The notes beneath the pieces are model-generated. The model did no database searches and was not told where the DNA came from. It saw only the letters and a program-made list of their open reading frames with translations. Shown one piece after another: positions 59,220-64,000 of a stretch of DNA of 64,000 bases. The stretch is from an uncultured Bacteroidales bacterium. GTDB taxonomy: Bacteria > Bacteroidota > Bacteroidia > Bacteroidales > VadinHA17. The DNA lies in contig CAWHSA010000005.1 in NCBI GenBank assembly GCA_963831855.1, positions 648,120-712,119 on the forward strand, written 5' to 3'. The position numbers were made by a program, and so were the translations under genes. Position 1 is the stretch's first letter. Every line of letters starts with the position of its first letter.

Positions 59220-59418
59220 TTGGGGTGAGGTCGGTTAAAAACCAGAGGGGTTGGGGTGAGGTCGGCTAAAAACCAGAGGGGTTGGGGTGAGGTCGGCTAA
59301 AAACCAGAGGGGTTGGGGTGAGGTCGGTTAAAAACCAGAGGGGTTGGGGTGAGGTCGGCTAAAAACCAGAGGGGTTGGGGTGAGGTCGGTTAAAAACCAG
59401 AGGGGTTGGGGTGAGGTC
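59220..59418. repeat. Tandem array, 31-bp unit TTGGGGTGAGGTCGGYTAAAAACCAGAGGGG, six full copies plus one truncated copy
   Basis: Copies start at 59220, 59251, 59282, 59313, 59344, 59375 and 59406 (truncated). They are identical except for one T/C site, in the order T,C,C,T,C,T. The unit is the imperfect reverse complement of the 34-bp unit. Confidence 0.95.
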
Positions 59419-59470
59419 ATATGAAACAGAAAGTGGCGTTATGTTGAATTTCTGTGATTCAATTTTTTGG

Positions 59471-59478
59471 TAAATTTG
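59471..59478 (+). promoter_or_regulatory. Candidate -7 box (TAAATTTG) for the acyltransferase pair
   Basis: Exact TAnnTTTG match 31 nt upstream of the ATG at 59509. Confidence 0.35.
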
Positions 59479-59508
59479 CATCCTCATTCTCAATAATTCT
59501 ACAGTCAA

Positions 59509-60354
59509 ATGCAGGATTCTGTTGAACGGAAAGGTATTCGGACAATCGATTTAAAGGCAGTCATCTCATCCAAGAACAAGACACTCGCAAAAGTCATTCC
59601 GGATTTTATTATTAATTATCTTAAAAGGATCATCCACCAGGATGAGATAAATGAGATCCTTACAATCTATGCCGATCGCAGGGATGCTGCGTTTGTCGCC
59701 GGCGCTCTTGAGTATTTAAAGATCCGGTATAGTGCTTATGGTCAGGAAAACCTTCCCTCTTCCGGGCGATTTATCTTTGTTTCAAACCACCCTCTCGGAG
59801 GTCTGGACGGGCTTGTCTTCATCAATGAAATTGCAAAATTTTACAGCAACATTAAATTCCCGGTAAATGATATCCTGACCCAGATCGACAATCTGTCCGG
59901 GATATTTCTTCCGATTAACAAACATGGAGGGCAGGCAAGAGAAGCGGCAAAAGTCCTTGAAGAGACTTATGCTTCAGACTGCCAGATACTCTATTTTCCT
60001 GCAGGTCTTTGTTCCAGGAAGAAAGGAGGCATCATCCGGGATCTTGAATGGCATAAAAGCTTCATTTCCAAAGCCATACAATATAAGAGGGATATCGTCC
60101 CCGGGTTTTTCTCAGGGAGGAATTCTGACTTCTTTTACAACCTTGCAAGAGTAAGGGCATTACTCGGCATAAAAGCCAACATTGAAATGCTTTATCTTCC
60201 GGATGAAATGTTTACCCAGAAGGGTAAGAAGATCTCGCTCGTTTTTGGAAAGCCAATTCCGTGGCAGACTTTTGACCGGACAAAATCTGCGCCTGAATGG
60301 GCAGAATGGGTAAAATCAAGATGCTACCAATTGGAATCTTCAATTATTTGCTAG
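59509..60354 (+). CDS. Lysophospholipid/1-acyl-sn-glycerol-3-phosphate acyltransferase-family O-acyltransferase (GlsA/OlsA-like, lipoamino-acid lipid synthesis)
   Basis: 281 aa. Acyltransferase block SNHPLGGLDG and a second block YFPAGLCSR. Paired with an OlsB/GlsB-like gene immediately downstream. Confidence 0.7.
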   Translation: MQDSVERKGIRTIDLKAVISSKNKTLAKVIPDFIINYLKRIIHQDEINEILTIYADRRDAAFVAGALEYLKIRYSAYGQENLPSSGRFIFVSNHPLGGLDGLVFINEIAKFYSNIKFPVNDILTQIDNLSGIFLPINKHGGQAREAAKVLEETYASDCQILYFPAGLCSRKKGGIIRDLEWHKSFISKAIQYKRDIVPGFFSGRNSDFFYNLARVRALLGIKANIEMLYLPDEMFTQKGKKISLVFGKPIPWQTFDRTKSAPEWAEWVKSRCYQLESSIIC

Positions 60355-60418
60355 ACTGTGAGATATAAAATATTATCTTGCATGGACTTTTTTAAAAAAA
60401 AATTCGAAACTGTTTATT

Positions 60419-61393
60419 ATGAGTGAAATGATCGAACCTGTTGTTTTACAACAGCCGATAGACCAGATAATGGCAGAATTAACAAAGGATAAGCTTTTGA
60501 GGCATACCAATAATGGCAACAACGAAGTATATGTTTTTGATAATAACACTTGTCCTGCGCTTATGCATGAGGTTGGCAGGGTAAGGGAGATCACTTTCCG
60601 TCACGCAGGAGGCGGAACTGGTCATTCCATTGATATTGACAGCTTTGATACTGCAAAGGAAGATCCGCAGCAGCAGCTTATTGTCTGGGATCCGGATAAC
60701 AGGGAGCTCATAGGCGGATATCGTTTTTATTTTCCTCCAAAAGGATGCACAAATTGTGATATAACAAAACTCGCATCATCAGCATATTTTAATTTTTCCG
60801 AAAAATTCCTCGCTAAATATTACCCGCACATGATGGAACTGGGACGGTCATTTATCCATCCCGATTACCAGTCACGGTCAGGGGGAAGAAAAAGTCTTTT
60901 TGCGCTCGATAATCTTTGGGACGGACTGGGAGCGATTATTCTTGATAATCACCATTTGAAATATCTTTTCGGGAAAGTGACAATGTATCCGCATTTTAAC
61001 AGGAACGCAAGGAATATGATCCTCTATTTTCTTAAAAAACATTTTGGAGATCCTGATAATATGGTCACACCGAAAGATCCGGCGGACATCGTTATTCCTT
61101 ATAATGAAATGAGAAAGTTATTCAAAGGCTGGCGTTACAAGGAAAACTACAAGATCCTTTCTGCCGAAGTCAGGAAGCTCGGAGAAAACATCCCTCCCCT
61201 GATCAATGCGTATATGAACCTTTCCCCGACAATGAGGACTTTCGGCACCTTTATAAATTACAAGTTCGGGAACGTTGAAGAGACTGGTATAATGATAACT
61301 TTGAGGGACATATATGTTGAAAAGATCAACAGGCACCTGTCTTCATACAAAAAAGACTTCCTGATAACATGGTTCTCCCACGAGCCTCAGTAA
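60419..61393 (+). CDS. GNAT-family N-acyltransferase (hemolysin-like; GlsB/OlsB-like amino-acid N-acyltransferase)
   Basis: 324 aa. The region VGRVREITFRHAGGGTGHSIDIDSFD...LIVWDPDNRELIGGYRF is typical of the OlsB/GlsB-type family as I recall it. Confidence 0.7.
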   Translation: MSEMIEPVVLQQPIDQIMAELTKDKLLRHTNNGNNEVYVFDNNTCPALMHEVGRVREITFRHAGGGTGHSIDIDSFDTAKEDPQQQLIVWDPDNRELIGGYRFYFPPKGCTNCDITKLASSAYFNFSEKFLAKYYPHMMELGRSFIHPDYQSRSGGRKSLFALDNLWDGLGAIILDNHHLKYLFGKVTMYPHFNRNARNMILYFLKKHFGDPDNMVTPKDPADIVIPYNEMRKLFKGWRYKENYKILSAEVRKLGENIPPLINAYMNLSPTMRTFGTFINYKFGNVEETGIMITLRDIYVEKINRHLSSYKKDFLITWFSHEPQ

Positions 61394-63288
61394 GCCCTGA
61401 CGTTCCTCCCTTCAATATAATTTATAAATGACTGATTGGAGACTTTATTACCTCCCGGGGTAGGGTAATTTCCTGTAAAGTACCAGTCGCCGGTATGCCC
61501 CGGACAAGCTTTATGTAACCCTTCTATTGACTGAAAAACTATTTCGACCTGAGCATTAATCTCCACTGTTTTAAGCATCTCTGCGATTTTCCCCGATATC
61601 TCTTCAGCAGTGAACGGCTGATAAATTTCTTTAACCAGGTTGCTGACATCATTTACTGGCTTTTGGATCTCTTCCTGAGCTCTATTATAAAGCTCTTTTA
61701 TAAAAGGTTCCCGGTCTGCATCATTTAATAACTCAATTGCAGCCCTGAATGCTATAAGATCTCCAAGCTTTGCCATGTCAATTCCATAGCAATCAGGGTA
61801 TCTTAACTGTGGAGAAGAAGAGACGACAACAATCTTTTTCGGATCAAGTCTGTCGAGTATCTTTATAATGCTCTTTTTAAGAGTTGTTCCCCTGACGATT
61901 GAATCATCGATAACAACCAGATTATCAATCCCCCTTTTGATAACTCCGTAAGTAACATCATATATATGTCCGACCAGATCGTCCCGGCTTTTATCCTCTG
62001 TAATGAAAGTCCTGAGTTTTGCATCCTTGACGGCAATTTTTTCAACCCTGGGCCTTCTGTTGATAATACCAGCCAGTTCTTCCCCTGAAAGTTTATTCCC
62101 CTTTTGCAGAATTGTATCGACTTTCCATTTATTGAGATAATCCTCTACACCTTTAATCAGACCGTAGAACGCACTTTCAGCAGTATTGGGTATATACGAA
62201 AATACAGTATGATCAAGATCATAATCAATTGCTTTAAGTACAGGGTAAGCGAGAAGTTCGCCAAGCTTTTTCCTCTCTTTGTAAATTTCTTTATCCGTTC
62301 CCCTGGAAAAATAAATCCTTTCAAAAGAGCATTTACTCGGCTCCGTTTCTTCCCGGATCTTTTCAACTGAAATTTCCCCGGATGCTTTAACTATTAAGGC
62401 ATGAGCTGCCGGAAGTTCTTCAACGCCAATTGTCCTCACATTGAAGATTGTCTGAATTACAGGTCTTTCGGATGCTGCTACAACCACCTCATCATTACTA
62501 TAATAAAAGACCGGTCTGATCCCGGCAGGGTCTCTCATCACAAATGCATCACCGTGACCTACCATTCCAACCATGGCATATCCACCATCCCATTCACGGC
62601 TGGCCTTAGTCAGTACTGTAACGAGGTCAAGGTTCTTTTCGATAAGAGGGGAGATCTCCTTTTTTGAATATCCCTGCTCCTTGAATTGCCTGAAGAGCCT
62701 TTCATTTTCCTCATCAAGCCTGTGACCCACATTTTCAAGAATAGTAACAGTATCGGAGAAATCTACAGGATTCTGGCCAAGCTCCACAAGATGGCTGAAC
62801 ACTTCGCTGACATTTGTAAGGTTGAAGTTGCCTGCCATGACAAGGTTCCTGGATTTCCAGTTATTCTCGCGGCTCACAGGATGGACATAATCGATCTTAT
62901 AGTTCCCGTATGTACCATATCTCAGGTGTCCGAGGTATACGTCACACGCAAACGGTATGTTCTCTTTTATAAAAACAGGATCCGATAACTGATCTTTATT
63001 TGTCCTTCTGATCCTCTCGATGTCATCATAAATTGGTCCGAATATTTCCTTGATGGGGTTTGGTTTGTTCGACCTTTGTCTGAAGATATATCTGTTTCCG
63101 GGTTTTACATCCAGCTTTATCCCTGCAATCCCTGCCCCATCCTGGCCCCTGTTATGCTGCTTTTCCATCATGAGGTACATTTTCTGCAGCCCGTAATCCC
63201 ATGTACCATACTTTTCAATATAGTATTCCAGCGGCTTCCGCAATCTCAACAGTGCAATGCCACATTCATGTTTGATACTTTCGCTCAT
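61387..63288 (-). CDS. purF: Amidophosphoribosyltransferase (long Bacteroidota-type PurF)
   Basis: 633 aa. N-terminal nucleophile region HECGIALLRL (Ntn glutaminase) and a PRPP-binding loop VVIDDSIVRGTT. Confidence 0.92.
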   Translation of the reverse strand: MSESIKHECGIALLRLRKPLEYYIEKYGTWDYGLQKMYLMMEKQHNRGQDGAGIAGIKLDVKPGNRYIFRQRSNKPNPIKEIFGPIYDDIERIRRTNKDQLSDPVFIKENIPFACDVYLGHLRYGTYGNYKIDYVHPVSRENNWKSRNLVMAGNFNLTNVSEVFSHLVELGQNPVDFSDTVTILENVGHRLDEENERLFRQFKEQGYSKKEISPLIEKNLDLVTVLTKASREWDGGYAMVGMVGHGDAFVMRDPAGIRPVFYYSNDEVVVAASERPVIQTIFNVRTIGVEELPAAHALIVKASGEISVEKIREETEPSKCSFERIYFSRGTDKEIYKERKKLGELLAYPVLKAIDYDLDHTVFSYIPNTAESAFYGLIKGVEDYLNKWKVDTILQKGNKLSGEELAGIINRRPRVEKIAVKDAKLRTFITEDKSRDDLVGHIYDVTYGVIKRGIDNLVVIDDSIVRGTTLKKSIIKILDRLDPKKIVVVSSSPQLRYPDCYGIDMAKLGDLIAFRAAIELLNDADREPFIKELYNRAQEEIQKPVNDVSNLVKEIYQPFTAEEISGKIAEMLKTVEINAQVEIVFQSIEGLHKACPGHTGDWYFTGNYPTPGGNKVSNQSFINYIEGRNVRAY

Positions 63289-63290
63289 AA

Positions 63291-63770
63291 TTAATTTTTA
63301 ATCAGGTCCGGATAGTTGATAATCGCCGGTACCGGGTAGGCATTCGGAAACTCATTCCTGATCAAAACGAGATATTTATATGCTTCTGTTTTAGTCCTGA
63401 AGTCCCCTGCCCGGACAACAAAGTATCCCGGTTCCTGAAATCCAGCATAAGACAAAATATCCGGAAATTTGTTTATAAACCTTGCTCTTGCCTTGGCTGA
63501 TTCCTCTTTCGCATTCCTTACGGAACTGTAATATATCTGAATCCTGAATCCTTCCATACCCTGAGTATTCTCCTCCAGTGTCCTCAGTTTTTTGTGAGCG
63601 AGAATATACCGGCTTATAAGAGTATCCACCGACTGGCTCTGGTAAATGGTAAGCTTCCCTGATCCACCATCCCTTTGAAACAGATCAGCAGTTTTTATGA
63701 AAGCTTGTGAACTGCACAACCCCGTCGTCAGAATAATTATTAAGAATGAAAATACAGACTGTCTGATCAT
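63291..63770 (-). CDS. SPOR domain-containing protein
   Basis: 159 aa with a signal peptide. C-terminal SPOR-like module GFRIQIYYSS...AKARARFINKFPD...GYFVVRAGDFRTKTEAYKYL. Confidence 0.7.
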   Translation of the reverse strand: MIRQSVFSFLIIILTTGLCSSQAFIKTADLFQRDGGSGKLTIYQSQSVDTLISRYILAHKKLRTLEENTQGMEGFRIQIYYSSVRNAKEESAKARARFINKFPDILSYAGFQEPGYFVVRAGDFRTKTEAYKYLVLIRNEFPNAYPVPAIINYPDLIKN

Positions 63771-63786
63771 GGTTCGAAATTAACAG

Positions 63787-64000
63787 TTATTGCTGCCCGG
63801 ACTTAAGTCCAAGATAAAAATTATCGCTTAATGACCCGGCTACAATAATGTTTCCGTCGTAGTTAATATCAAGATCTTTTCCGATAGCATCAGTATTGTA
63901 AGCATCACATGCATTAAAGAATCTTACAAGTTCAGTTGCATATCCGTTAAGAGGTTCGATTACGCTGATGAAATAACAGTTCTCATTCAGCATTAATATA
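63787..64000 (-). CDS. C-terminal part of an unknown protein (ORF open at the window end)
   Basis: The frame stays open upstream of the listed Met through to base 64000 (…ILMLNENCYF…). I recognised no family. Confidence 0.35.
   Translation of the reverse strand, partial: ILMLNENCYFISVIEPLNGYATELVRFFNACDAYNTDAIGKDLDINYDGNIIVAGSLSDNFYLGLKSGQQ

Noticed and set aside
59220-59418. Regular 31-bp repeats that could be mistaken for a CRISPR array
   Set aside because: The repeats are directly contiguous with no unique spacers. No cas genes are in the window. The left-hand array is the inverted complement rather than a continuation.
1-64000. Search for defence systems, prophage, integrative elements, toxin-antitoxin pairs, tRNA/rRNA genes
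   Set aside because: No integrase, transposase, nuclease/helicase, restriction-modification, Cas or phage structural signatures appear in any listed ORF, and I saw no cloverleaf-like or rRNA-like sequence in the intergenic regions. The window reads as core chromosome.

Overview
The window looks like a Bacteroidota chromosome segment. This is supported by PorP/SprF and T9SS type-B sorting-domain genes, TAnnTTTG-type promoter boxes and a fused SecDF. It is dominated by core housekeeping genes. All calls come from reading the supplied translations and the DNA by eye; no BLAST, HMM or folding was run.

Gene content from left to right:
- The 5' part of secDF (open at the window edge, translated by hand).
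- A HlyD / MacB-type permease / TolC efflux operon, followed by a clear terminator.
- glmM.
- An rluB-like gene, era and der.
- A tightly packed five-gene minus-strand cluster: T9SS type-B adhesin, PorP/SprF, a PD40+PKD protein, an unknown secreted protein and a periplasmic-propeller/PP2C sensor phosphatase.
- rlmH plus a giant multi-TM NtrY-like histidine kinase.
- nadC and valS.
- An M28 peptidase and a DUF2233-like protein.
- An aminotransferase followed by cysE and cysK.
- A DUF1343/NamZ-like gene, a LolE-like permease, an MltF-like transglycosylase and a putative porin.
- A complete dcw cluster on the minus strand: mraZ-rsmH-ftsL-ftsI-murE-mraY-murD-ftsW-murG-murC-ftsQ-ftsA-ftsZ.
- A GlsA/GlsB-like lipoamino-acid acyltransferase pair.
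- purF, a SPOR-domain gene and a partial ORF at the right edge.

I recognised no rRNA, tRNA, CRISPR array, transposase, integrase or known defence gene.

Most unusual observations:
1. A ~460-bp ORF-free palindromic block at 58993-59423, between mraZ and the divergent acyltransferase gene. It consists of 34-bp and 31-bp tandem repeats around two perfect GC hairpins.
2. A textbook-like triple AAAGTGG MraZ operator at 58813-58839.
3. murE split by a one-base frame change near 54271.
4. The physical coupling of a T9SS cargo/PorP module to a PP2C sensor phosphatase.
5. A TTCG-rich structured spacer after cysK.

I see no convincing novel multi-gene system beyond these, and most of the window is ordinary.
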